Part shown: piece after piece, positions 52,721-61,980 of the stretch
Layout of the letters: each line of letters opens with the position of its first letter
How positions within the stretch are numbered: the stretch's first letter is position 1
Assembly: GCA_963665665.1 (NCBI GenBank)
Contig: OY762428.1
Coordinates: 1,952,001 to 2,016,000, forward strand
Direction: 5' to 3'
DNA from: Candidatus Kapaibacterium sp.
Lineage (GTDB): Bacteria > Bacteroidota > Ignavibacteria > Kapaibacteriales > UBA2268
DNA length: 64,000 nucleotides
Program-made: the position numbers and the translations under genes
The notes under the pieces: generated by a model
The model's database searches: none
What the model saw: only the letters and a program-made list of their open reading frames with translations
Told to the model about the DNA's origin: nothing

Positions 52721-52741
52721 ACATCCGATGACTTTAAGTCA
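52721..52741. repeat. REP-like palindrome family A, copy 6 (truncated)
   Basis: acatccgatgactttaagtca; the outer part of one arm is missing. Confidence 0.7.
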
Positions 52742-52943
52742 GGATAGGTGTCGATAAAATCAAATATATCCCTACCGAGCGAAACGTCGTCATTATCGTA
52801 AGTATTAAACGGTTCCGCGTCAAAATCCTGATCATCGTAACAGTCATAGAGATTATGCAACAATCCGGCCATTTGTGATATTTTCGTTTTCCTTATCCAC
52901 TCTGCTTGAGCTTCTGCCGGCGGAAGCGTATTATCATAACCGG

Positions 52944-53057
52944 CTACTCTTGGAAAACGTCTTCCTTCCTGGTCATACCTGAGTCTTCCCATTCACCGTA
53001 AGAATATGAAAACACTGATAATAGGAATATAAGGCTTAGGGTTAATTGCTTTTTCAT
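52944..53057 (-). pseudogene. Truncated fifth member of the tandem T9SS array (signal peptide only)
   Basis: MKKQLTLSLIFLLSVFSYSYGEWED followed by unrelated SGMTRKEDVFQE*. Confidence 0.8.
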
Positions 53058-53069
53058 TGGATTGCCTTT

Positions 53070-54416
53070 CTATTTTATAATTATCATTTTCTTGCTGGCA
53101 GCAATTCTGCCGTTTATCTCTATTGCATATACATATACTCCTGTAGGAAATTCCCCGGCGTCAATAGTAATGGCGCAGGGCCTGCCAAAACATGCTTCGG
53201 TTTCTTTTATTATACTTTCGCCCCTTTCGTCGCTGATAATCAACCGGACGCTGCCGCTGTAATTATCGGGAATATAATACATTATCTCGGTTTCATCCGA
53301 AAAGGGGTTGGGGTTGTTCTGGTAAAGGAGGATATCGCTGCCGTTCATTTCCTCTCCTTCTATTCCCATTACTTCGTCAACTATACAATCGGTTAGTTCG
53401 TGGCGAAAATACCTGTTTGTCCAGAATTTCATTGACAGGATGGCATAATTATTATTAAAAATCGGAACATAAGGTTCCATATCTCCCGGTATAATCTTTT
53501 GCCATGTAAATCCCTGGTCTGTTGATAAAAATAATCCAGCCGATGAGTTGATATTATTAACTAAAGCGCTTGCATATAAATTTTTATTGCAACTCGAAAA
53601 TTGATTCAAACAAGTATAATAGTGTTTGCCTTCAATAACACCATTATTGAATTCATGAATCTTTTCCCAGCTCATGCCATTATTTATAGTGGAAAACAGG
53701 TAGGGTCCAATCGATAAAAAAACTTTGTTTTCTATGTTTGTAATTCCGCGTTGAAGATAATGCCTATAAGTATTAAACACATTTCTAATCTCTTGATTTG
53801 TTATAATTTTCCAGTCAAGGCCGTTATATGAAAACAATATTTCCCTTGTTGTAAGTGCGAATAATCCCTTGCCCAGTGCTCCAAAGCCTTTGTTCGTAGC
53901 TAATATCTCGTCCGAATTTCCGGCATTGTTTCCGTAATCTCGGAAAGTCCAGGTAGTTCCGCCATCTGCGGAATAATAATAACCAATATATTTTTCTCGC
54001 AACATATATAATGTATCATTTTGCGCGGTAATCTGCTTTATTCTAAAAAAATAGCAATCCTCGTTATTATCATCTTTCAATACAATTCTTTCGAAAGTAT
54101 TACCCTTATTTTTAGAAACAAAACATCTTCCGCTCGTTGTCTGAACTATCAGGCTTTCGTTAATAAATTGCAAATATTCAAGAGATTTATCATTATATTC
54201 ATTTTTAAATACCAAAAACTGCTCCCATGATTCGCCATTATCAGGGGAATAATATATTGTACTATCCATCGCAATATAAAGAGTATCCGAATAGCTAGCC
54301 ATATTGTAATATAATGGGAATTTCGGAAAATTTAAAGAAAGGTCTTCCCATTCACCGTAAGAATATGAAAACACTGATAATAGGAATATTAGGCTTAATG
54401 TTAATTGCTTTTTCAT
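53070..54416 (-). CDS. BNR/Asp-box T9SS cargo protein, tandem array member
   Basis: Signal peptide; SPDNGESW, SADGGTTW and STDQGFTW motifs; CTD LYQNNPNPF...PTGVYVY...KKMIIIK. Confidence 0.85.
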   Translation of the reverse strand: MKKQLTLSLIFLLSVFSYSYGEWEDLSLNFPKFPLYYNMASYSDTLYIAMDSTIYYSPDNGESWEQFLVFKNEYNDKSLEYLQFINESLIVQTTSGRCFVSKNKGNTFERIVLKDDNNEDCYFFRIKQITAQNDTLYMLREKYIGYYYSADGGTTWTFRDYGNNAGNSDEILATNKGFGALGKGLFALTTREILFSYNGLDWKIITNQEIRNVFNTYRHYLQRGITNIENKVFLSIGPYLFSTINNGMSWEKIHEFNNGVIEGKHYYTCLNQFSSCNKNLYASALVNNINSSAGLFLSTDQGFTWQKIIPGDMEPYVPIFNNNYAILSMKFWTNRYFRHELTDCIVDEVMGIEGEEMNGSDILLYQNNPNPFSDETEIMYYIPDNYSGSVRLIISDERGESIIKETEACFGRPCAITIDAGEFPTGVYVYAIEINGRIAASKKMIIIK

Positions 54417-54428
54417 TGGATTGCCTTT

Positions 54429-55778
54429 CTATTTAATAATTATCATTTTTTTACTCGCGGCTATTCTGCCGTTTATCTCTATTGCATATACATAAACGCC
54501 TGTAGGAAATTCCCCGGCGTCAATAGTTATAGCGCAGGGCCTGCCAAAGCATGCTTCGGTTTCTTTTATTATACTTTCGCCCCTTTCATTGCTGATAATC
54601 AACCGGACGCTTCCGCTGTAATTATCGGGAATATAATACATTATCTCGGTTTCATCCGAAAAGGGGTTGGGGTTGTTCTGGTAAAGGAGGATATCGCTGC
54701 CGTTCATTTCCTCCCCTTCTATTCCCATTACTTCGTCAACTATACAGTCGGTAAGTTCATAGCGGTAATATCTATTTGTCCATAATCCCATTGCCAAGAT
54801 TGCATAATTGTTACAAAAAATCGGGACAGAAGGGTCCATTTCTTCCGGTATAATTTTCTGCCAGGTAAATCCTTGGTCTGACGAAGAGTAAATTCCGACG
54901 GAATTATGAAAAGTATTAATGCACGCCTTAGCATATAACACATCATTGCAACTTGAAAATTCAGTCAAAATTGTGTCATACTGTATGCCTTCAATTACAG
55001 GCGATTCGAACTCATGAATCTTTTCCCAGCTCATACCATTATTAATGGTGGAAAACAGGTGGGGTCCTATAGATAAAAAGACTTTGTTTTCAATATTAAT
55101 AATTCCGCGTTGTCTATGATGGCCATAAGTATTTAATAAATTTTTAATCTCTTTGTTAGTTATTATTTTCCAGTCCAGGCCGTTAAATGAAAACAATATT
55201 TCCCGTATTGTAAGCGCAAACAAACCCTTGCCCAGGGTTCCAAAGCCTTTGTTAGTAGCTAATATCTCGTCTGAATTTCCGGCATTTATTTTGTAATCTG
55301 CGAAAGTCCAGGTAGTTCCGCCATCTGCAGAATAATAGTAACCATTATAAACGTCTTCTCTTATAAGATATAAAGTATCATTTTGGCTCACAATACTTTT
55401 TATACTAAAATAATACCAATCCTCGTTATATTCATCTTTCAGAATTATCCTTTCATAAGAATTGCCGATATCTTTTGAAATATAACATCTTCTTTTCGTA
55501 GTTTGGATTATCAGGCTTCCATTTATAAATTGAAAGTATTCAATGAATTTATCATCATATTCATTTTCCAAATTTAAAAAATATAGCCAGGAATTGCCAT
55601 TATCTGAACTGTAATATATTGTATCTTCAATTGCAATATAAAGAGTATCTGAGTAACTTATCATATTATATTCTATAGGGAATTCAGAAAAATTATTAGT
55701 GAGGTCTTCCCATTCGCCGTAAGAATATGAAAACACTGATAATATGAATATAAGGCTTAGGGTTAATTGCTTTTTCAT
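54429..55778 (-). CDS. BNR/Asp-box T9SS cargo protein, tandem array member
   Basis: Same signal peptide and CTD; passenger most similar to 53070-54416. Confidence 0.85.
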   Translation of the reverse strand: MKKQLTLSLIFILSVFSYSYGEWEDLTNNFSEFPIEYNMISYSDTLYIAIEDTIYYSSDNGNSWLYFLNLENEYDDKFIEYFQFINGSLIIQTTKRRCYISKDIGNSYERIILKDEYNEDWYYFSIKSIVSQNDTLYLIREDVYNGYYYSADGGTTWTFADYKINAGNSDEILATNKGFGTLGKGLFALTIREILFSFNGLDWKIITNKEIKNLLNTYGHHRQRGIINIENKVFLSIGPHLFSTINNGMSWEKIHEFESPVIEGIQYDTILTEFSSCNDVLYAKACINTFHNSVGIYSSSDQGFTWQKIIPEEMDPSVPIFCNNYAILAMGLWTNRYYRYELTDCIVDEVMGIEGEEMNGSDILLYQNNPNPFSDETEIMYYIPDNYSGSVRLIISNERGESIIKETEACFGRPCAITIDAGEFPTGVYVYAIEINGRIAASKKMIIIK

Positions 55779-55790
55779 TGGATTGCCTTT

Positions 55791-57119
55791 CTATTTTATA
55801 ATTATCATTTTCTTGCTGGCAGCAATTCTGCCGTTTATCTCTATTGCATATACATATACTCCTGTAGGAAATTCCCCGGCGTCAATAGTAATGGCGCAGG
55901 GCCTGCCAAAACATGCTTCGGTTTCTTTTATTATACTTTCGCCCCTTTCGTCGCTGATAATCAACCGGACGCTGCCGCTGTAATTATCGGGAATATAATA
56001 CATTATCTCGGTCTTATCCGAAAAGGGGTTGGGGTTGTTCTGGTAAAGGAGGATATCGCTGCCGTTCATTTCCTCCTCTTCTATTCCCATTACTTCGTCA
56101 ACTATACAATCGGTAAGTTCGTGGCGAAAGAATGAAGAACTATATAAATCCCAGCGTACTGCTACGAAAAGGTAATCATTATTTACTGCAAGATTAAAAG
56201 GTTCTATGATTCCCGGTATAAGGTTCTTCCATGTTTTACCGCTATCGGCAGAGCATAACAAACCGGCAGATTCAGATCTTTGAGCACAATAATCAGCGGT
56301 TGCATAAAGAATGTTATCGCAGGAGGCTAATCTCGTTATTATTGTATCGTAATCGCGGCCTTCAACTGTTTTTGTTTCAAACTTGCTTACAGAATCCAAA
56401 TAATGCCCCTGGGCGATTGTTTTAAATAAGTATGGCCCAACGGAAAGAAAAACCATGTCTCCCATTTTACCCATAGTTACATCATCATTAAAAATATATT
56501 TTTTCCATTTATCATTCAATTCAAGCGAACTGACCAACTTCCAGTTTTCAAGGTCTTCAGACATATATACTTCTTGATATAACAAAGCAAATACGCCGTC
56601 TCCAGTTGTTTCAATATCATAAATAATTGTTTCATATTGTTTAACGGTCTCATTATTCCAGGTTTTTCCCATATTTTCCGAGATATATAATCCATCATTT
56701 GCTGCTAATAAAATATTACCTTCCCAAAAATTTAAACATTTGTAATTATAAAAAAAGTAAACATCATCATTATTATTTTTTGTAATAACTCTTTCAAAAC
56801 TATCTCCCATATCGCGGGTTATAAAAAACCTGTTCAGATTTGTAATTAGAAAGAATACGCCGTCAAAATATTTATAATCTATTATTGCAGTGTCATCAAA
56901 TTCCGTAACTAAAGTAAATAACGTTTCCCAAGTTTCCCCGTTATCCGTACTTTGATATAAGTTCATACCGCCCGTAGTATATAAGTAATTGTTTTCAGGA
57001 GATATATATACTTTGCCGGGATTCTTTTGAAATAATTCCGTTACATTTTCCCATTCACCGTAAGAATATGAAAACACTGATAATAGGAATATTAGGCTTA
57101 GGGTTAATTGCTTTTTCAT
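55791..57119 (-). CDS. BNR/Asp-box T9SS cargo protein, tandem array member
   Basis: Same signal peptide and CTD; C-terminal ~270 aa identical to 57132-58460. Confidence 0.85.
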   Translation of the reverse strand: MKKQLTLSLIFLLSVFSYSYGEWENVTELFQKNPGKVYISPENNYLYTTGGMNLYQSTDNGETWETLFTLVTEFDDTAIIDYKYFDGVFFLITNLNRFFITRDMGDSFERVITKNNNDDVYFFYNYKCLNFWEGNILLAANDGLYISENMGKTWNNETVKQYETIIYDIETTGDGVFALLYQEVYMSEDLENWKLVSSLELNDKWKKYIFNDDVTMGKMGDMVFLSVGPYLFKTIAQGHYLDSVSKFETKTVEGRDYDTIITRLASCDNILYATADYCAQRSESAGLLCSADSGKTWKNLIPGIIEPFNLAVNNDYLFVAVRWDLYSSSFFRHELTDCIVDEVMGIEEEEMNGSDILLYQNNPNPFSDKTEIMYYIPDNYSGSVRLIISDERGESIIKETEACFGRPCAITIDAGEFPTGVYVYAIEINGRIAASKKMIIIK

Positions 57120-57131
57120 TGGATTGCCTTT

Positions 57132-58460
57132 CTATTTTATAATTATCATTTTCTTGCTGGCGGCTATTCTGCCGTTTATTTCAATTGCATATACATATAC
57201 GCCTGTAGGAAATTCCCCGGCGTCAATAGTTATGGCGCAGGGCCTGCCAAAACATGCTTCGGTTTCTTTTATTATACTTTCGCCCCTTTCGTCGCTGATA
57301 ATCAACCGGACGCTGCCGCTGTAATTATCGGGAATATAATACATTATCTCGGTCTTATCCGAAAAGGGGTTGGGGTTGTTCTGGTAAAGGAGGATATCGC
57401 TGCCGTTCATTTCCTCCTCTTCTATTCCCATTACTTCGTCAACTATACAATCGGTAAGTTCGTGGCGAAAGAATGAAGAACTATATAAATCCCAGCGTAC
57501 TGCTACGAAAAGGTAATCATTATTTACTGCAAGATTAAAAGGTTCTATGATTCCCGGTATAAGGTTCTTCCATGTTTTACCGCTATCGGCAGAGCATAAC
57601 AAACCGGCAGATTCAGATCTTTGAGCACAATAATCAGCGGTTGCATAAAGAATGTTATCGCAGGAGGCTAATCTCGTTATTATTGTATCGTAATCGCGGC
57701 CTTCAACTGTTTTTGTTTCAAACTTGCTTACAGAATCCAAATAATGCCCCTGGGCGATTGTTTTAAATAAGTATGGCCCAACGGAAAGAAAAACCATGTC
57801 TCCCATTTTACCCATAGTTACATCATCATTAAAAATATATTTTTTCCATTTATCATTCAATTCAAGCGAACTGACCAACTTCCAGTTTTCAAGGTCTTCA
57901 GACATATATACTTCTTGATATAACAAAGCAAAAACGCCGTCGCTTGTTGTTTCAATATCAAAAATATTTGAATTAAATTCCTTAACATTTATATAATACC
58001 AGTTTTTTCCCAAGTCATCAGATACAAATATTCCATAGTATGTTGATAAAAGAATATGATTATTCCAAAAATCAATTTTATTATGATAATTTAAAAAATA
58101 AATATCTTCATTGTTTTTATTTAATACAACTCTCTCAAAACTATTACCCATATTTCTGGTTATATATAAACTGCTTCTGTCAGTAATTAGAAAGAAAATA
58201 TCTTGATATACTTGAATATAAATAATTGCATAATCATCATATTCAGTTTCTAAGGAAAACAGATTGTTCCAACTTTCTCCGTTATCTGTACTTTGATAAA
58301 TATCAAGGCCATCGGAATGATACATATAATTATTATCTGTATCAATGGCTATTCTTCCCGGATGAACCTGGTTTAATTCAGAAACATTTTCCCATTCCCC
58401 GTAAGAATATGAAAACACTGATAATAGGAATATTAGGCTTAGGATTAATTGCTTTTTCAT
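57132..58460 (-). CDS. BNR/Asp-box T9SS cargo protein, first gene of the tandem array
   Basis: Start set at MKKQLILS (ATG 58460, GGGAG upstream); same CTD. Confidence 0.85.
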   Translation of the reverse strand: MKKQLILSLIFLLSVFSYSYGEWENVSELNQVHPGRIAIDTDNNYMYHSDGLDIYQSTDNGESWNNLFSLETEYDDYAIIYIQVYQDIFFLITDRSSLYITRNMGNSFERVVLNKNNEDIYFLNYHNKIDFWNNHILLSTYYGIFVSDDLGKNWYYINVKEFNSNIFDIETTSDGVFALLYQEVYMSEDLENWKLVSSLELNDKWKKYIFNDDVTMGKMGDMVFLSVGPYLFKTIAQGHYLDSVSKFETKTVEGRDYDTIITRLASCDNILYATADYCAQRSESAGLLCSADSGKTWKNLIPGIIEPFNLAVNNDYLFVAVRWDLYSSSFFRHELTDCIVDEVMGIEEEEMNGSDILLYQNNPNPFSDKTEIMYYIPDNYSGSVRLIISDERGESIIKETEACFGRPCAITIDAGEFPTGVYVYAIEINGRIAASKKMIIIK

Positions 58461-58737
58461 AAATACTCCCATAAATTATGTTGTTTGTATTTATCCGGAA
58501 AAATGAAATAACCGGATAAATCATCTAACTGCCGCGCATACAATACACAACAGTTGTGAACTAATTAAGTTTCAATTCTTTCAATATCAATTAAAAAGCA
58601 AATGATGCGGCAATTATCCAAAGCCTGTAATCAATAACCCTTTATCAATCCTCAATTTCCAAATTCCAAAAATATTCTCCTTTTTCCCCCGTAGTGTCGT
58701 AAAGGCATTTTCGGGAGCAGTAATACGCATCAACCAT

Positions 58738-58766
58738 AAAGTAAATAAAAGAATTGATATTTGCAA
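58738..58766 (-). promoter_or_regulatory. Putative promoter of the tandem array: TTGCAA-N17-TACTTT
   Basis: Spacer atatcaattcttttatt resembles tttcaatttcttttatt of the 30897-30925 promoter. Confidence 0.5.
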
Positions 58767-58820
58767 GTAAATATACAAAGAATATATATTCATAAAACAC
58801 AGCTCACCGTTTGCTTAAAA

Positions 58821-60650
58821 TCACTTCTTATTTACCATCATCATGCTCTGCAGGGCAAGCTGATAGTCCGGTTTTACTTTCAGCGCCATACCGAATGCTT
58901 CCCTGGCGGTTGTTGTGTCCTGAACAAACATGGCATAGCGGCCAATATTTGTCAGGTTCATAGCGGCGGTTTCCGTTATGCCTTCGTCAAGGTATGATTT
59001 TTCCTCAGGAATTGAAGCAATGAACTTATCAAGATTAATATTCTTACAGGAGGCTTTATAAACGCCTTTCTTTTCCAGCCTGAAAGCAAATCCCTGGGGG
59101 ATTTTTTCATAATTTTGCGCCACCTGCTGTTCGGATTGCAATACATCCATTGTGATATAAACCGGACGCGTTTCAATATTTTTATCGATAAAGGAATTCA
59201 GCATCCTGACAAAATTAGCCTGAATGCTGGCAGGATTGTAAGGTTTATCCGCCTCGAACAGTTCAAGGTCCCGCGAGAAAGCATCAATTTCCGGACGGCT
59301 CTTGTCTGTTATTTCCGGGTACCAACGGGACAACTGCGGCAAAAACCATGTGCGGCGCAGGAGTTCTTTCTCAATCAGCGCCACGTCCGGCCTAAGGCCT
59401 TCCACTCTTTGCTTATACCAGAAAGCCGAACACCAGAAGTCCCACTGGGCGGATATAATAATAGCATTCTCATCTAAGTTGTCGACAAGTATATTTGTGT
59501 ATTCGGAAACAAGGTAGTCTCCGGATTCATCGTTTTCTGTATAATTCATTACTGCTGAAAGCAGCGGTATAACAAATAAGGCAGGCAGCAAAGCTTTTTT
59601 CTTTTGCCAGATAAAGTAAAACCCGGCGCTCATGAAAAGAAGCAAAGCAATTATTGCAAGCGAGAAATAAGCATCAATATCATGGATGGAATAATTCATA
59701 GTATAGAAAAGGCATGTAAGAACCAGCAGAAGCATGAATAGAAACAGTTGCTTTGACTTCTTCCATACCTGCCAGAAACCGGCAAGTAAGGGCAGAATGC
59801 CTATCCAGCCGAACTGCAATGGCAGAGCACTGAAAAATTTACCAAGATTTTTTCCCCATACTGAGCTGTCCGAAAACATCCATACCTGGTACTGCTTGCC
59901 CTGCACGTGATACATAAATTTATCAAATCCCCGGGAAACCCATCCCCAGTTGAACTCGGGCTGCGAAGCACTACGCAGCGGCAGGTAGATATATAGGCTG
60001 ATGCCGATAAGCAGGGGGATGAATAACAAAAGCAATAACTTAATATTTGCCGTGCTGAAATCTGCTTTCTCTCCCGGTTTGAAGAAAAATATAAACAGCA
60101 GGGCAGGAACAAGAAGAATTGCCGTCATGTGGTTGGCAAATGTAAGGCCGAGCATTAGAGCCGCAACAAAAAGCATATTGACGGATTTTTCAAATAATCC
60201 CCTGAAAAGAAAATATAATACAAGGTTGAACATGAGGAGCTGGAGGCTGTAAACTTCGAGAGAAACGCCCTGCGCCCATATCGTAAGCGCGAATGAATAC
60301 GCAAGCGACGATGCCAGCGCAATGATGCTGTGATCGTCATCTTTGCCAGAAATATACTTTATCAAATTTCCGGAAAGCAGGTAGAACACCAGCCCCGAGG
60401 CTGCAGTAACAAACGCGGCGAATATATTCAGCGCAAAGATCTGCGATCCGGGCAATGGCAGATAAGTCCATAAATGACCAAGGATGGTAAACAGCGGATA
60501 GCCCGTGGGGTGAGCTATGCCAAGAGTGGAACATACAGCCGCAAGTTCGCCGCTGTCGGTATATTGCACGTCCGGCGCAAGCGTCAGCAAATAAATAATA
60601 AAAGGCAAAATAAACGAAAGGCTCAAAAATATAGGTTTTAGCTTCTTCAT
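58821..60650 (-). CDS. DUF2723 / TMEM260-like GT-C membrane glycosyltransferase
   Basis: TLAPDV..DSGEL...GIAHPTGYPLF, EVYSL and YLPLRS..P.FNWG motifs; C-terminal TPR-like helix pair. Confidence 0.85.
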   Translation of the reverse strand: MKKLKPIFLSLSFILPFIIYLLTLAPDVQYTDSGELAAVCSTLGIAHPTGYPLFTILGHLWTYLPLPGSQIFALNIFAAFVTAASGLVFYLLSGNLIKYISGKDDDHSIIALASSLAYSFALTIWAQGVSLEVYSLQLLMFNLVLYFLFRGLFEKSVNMLFVAALMLGLTFANHMTAILLVPALLFIFFFKPGEKADFSTANIKLLLLLFIPLLIGISLYIYLPLRSASQPEFNWGWVSRGFDKFMYHVQGKQYQVWMFSDSSVWGKNLGKFFSALPLQFGWIGILPLLAGFWQVWKKSKQLFLFMLLLVLTCLFYTMNYSIHDIDAYFSLAIIALLLFMSAGFYFIWQKKKALLPALFVIPLLSAVMNYTENDESGDYLVSEYTNILVDNLDENAIIISAQWDFWCSAFWYKQRVEGLRPDVALIEKELLRRTWFLPQLSRWYPEITDKSRPEIDAFSRDLELFEADKPYNPASIQANFVRMLNSFIDKNIETRPVYITMDVLQSEQQVAQNYEKIPQGFAFRLEKKGVYKASCKNINLDKFIASIPEEKSYLDEGITETAAMNLTNIGRYAMFVQDTTTAREAFGMALKVKPDYQLALQSMMMVNKK

Positions 60651-61024
60651 GCCAATTCCTGAATAATAGGGAATAATCAATTAACACAACATGGCAAAAA
60701 TAACAAAGCTGATGGATATATGAAACTTATTTAGGAATTTTGAAATTTTCCGAAATTTTCACTCAGGTATTTAATTAAAAAGAAATTTGGATAATTCTAT
60801 CCGGTTGAAATTATCGCTTCTCTTCTGAAATATTCAAAGAATTAAACTATTATTGAAATAAAGTCTGTTGTTAATTGTCTGTCTGACATAATTTTGTGAG
60901 TGTTTTTCTGAGTTAAAGTCTGATTTAACTTTGTTTAGATTAGTTAGTTAAAAACCTCAGATGATTACTTTGCATTTAACAAAATCATTACAAGTAATGA
61001 AAATATCAGGATAAAGAGATTAAC

Positions 61025-61405
61025 ATGACAGCAACAACGGCAGCAATAATTTTCGCAATTTTTTCAGGAGTAATCATGGTGTTCCAGGCATGCCTTGCAG
61101 CGGGACTGCCATGGGGAGCAGCATCAATGGGAGGAAAATACCCCGGAAAATATCCGCCTAAAATGAGATTTGTAGCTGTTTTAAATATATTTATTCTTGG
61201 ATTTATGGCACTTATTGTTTTATCAAGAGCCGAAGTGATACTTTCCGCAATGAGGGGCTTTTCGGAAATTGCAATATGGGTTGTTGTTGTATTCTATTTT
61301 GTCAGTACAATATTGAATACCATCACACCAAGCAGAATAGAAAGAATATGGGCGCCGGTAGCTTTCATATTATTGGTATCAGGTATTATTGTTGCACTGA
61401 GTTAA
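61025..61405 (+). CDS. Small multi-TM hypothetical membrane protein
   Basis: Four hydrophobic segments; FQ..LAAGLPWG...GG and N..TPS..ER..WAP motifs. Confidence 0.75.
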   Translation: MTATTAAIIFAIFSGVIMVFQACLAAGLPWGAASMGGKYPGKYPPKMRFVAVLNIFILGFMALIVLSRAEVILSAMRGFSEIAIWVVVVFYFVSTILNTITPSRIERIWAPVAFILLVSGIIVALS

Positions 61406-61520
61406 CGCCTTCAAACCTGGAAAATTTGTTTTATTAACTGTTAATCAGTACGTAAATTAAAATAAATGATTTCTGTTATCGTTGTTTCGCATTAATAATT
61501 AATGTTATAATGAGGCTATA

Positions 61521-61979
61521 ATGTATCAGAAAATTATTCCACTATTAATTTTTGTGGTTGCCATATTTCTTTCCTCATGTTCGGAAGATGATCCCGTCGA
61601 ACATCATGAGGAGCATTTCGAAGCTGACGGTATTATCCTGTATCTGGATAACGAGGAGTACCTGAGAATCTACCAGGGGCAGATTGAATCCGAACGAACA
61701 TCATTCGAGATGACAAACAGCGAAACACTGGGAATCTTTACATTGAAATTTATTGATGATCACGGAGATTTGATTGATCCCCCGGATGATTTGGATAAAA
61801 ATCTTTCCATTCAGATTGATGATGAAGGCATTGCAAGCTATACTATCGACAGTAATAACCGTTGGGGATTTAGCATTACAGCTATTAGCATTGGTGTCAC
61901 ACAGATTGAAATAAGGGTGCAGCACGAAGACCACTTTGGTTTCCGTACTCCAAAAATAGATCTGAATGTGAGCGAGTAA
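61521..61979 (+). CDS. Lipoprotein with His/Glu-rich N-terminus (putative metal binder)
   Basis: Lipobox FLSSC; VEHHEEHFEADG and QHEDH; directly precedes the TonB-dependent receptor. Confidence 0.7.
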   Translation: MYQKIIPLLIFVVAIFLSSCSEDDPVEHHEEHFEADGIILYLDNEEYLRIYQGQIESERTSFEMTNSETLGIFTLKFIDDHGDLIDPPDDLDKNLSIQIDDEGIASYTIDSNNRWGFSITAISIGVTQIEIRVQHEDHFGFRTPKIDLNVSE

Positions 61980-61980
61980 G

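Noticed and set aside
53046-57766. Repeated plus-strand ORFs (MLFHWIAFLF..., MFYRYRQS...)
   Set aside because: They are antisense shadows of the repeated constant blocks of the minus-strand genes.
52983-58460. Diversity-generating retroelement TR/VR pairs
   Set aside because: There is no reverse transcriptase in the window, and differences between repeats are not adenine-specific and are mostly synonymous.
61495-61525. Zur/Fur box before the metal-uptake operon
   Set aside because: Only a half-site (AATGTTATA) is present, in AT-rich DNA.
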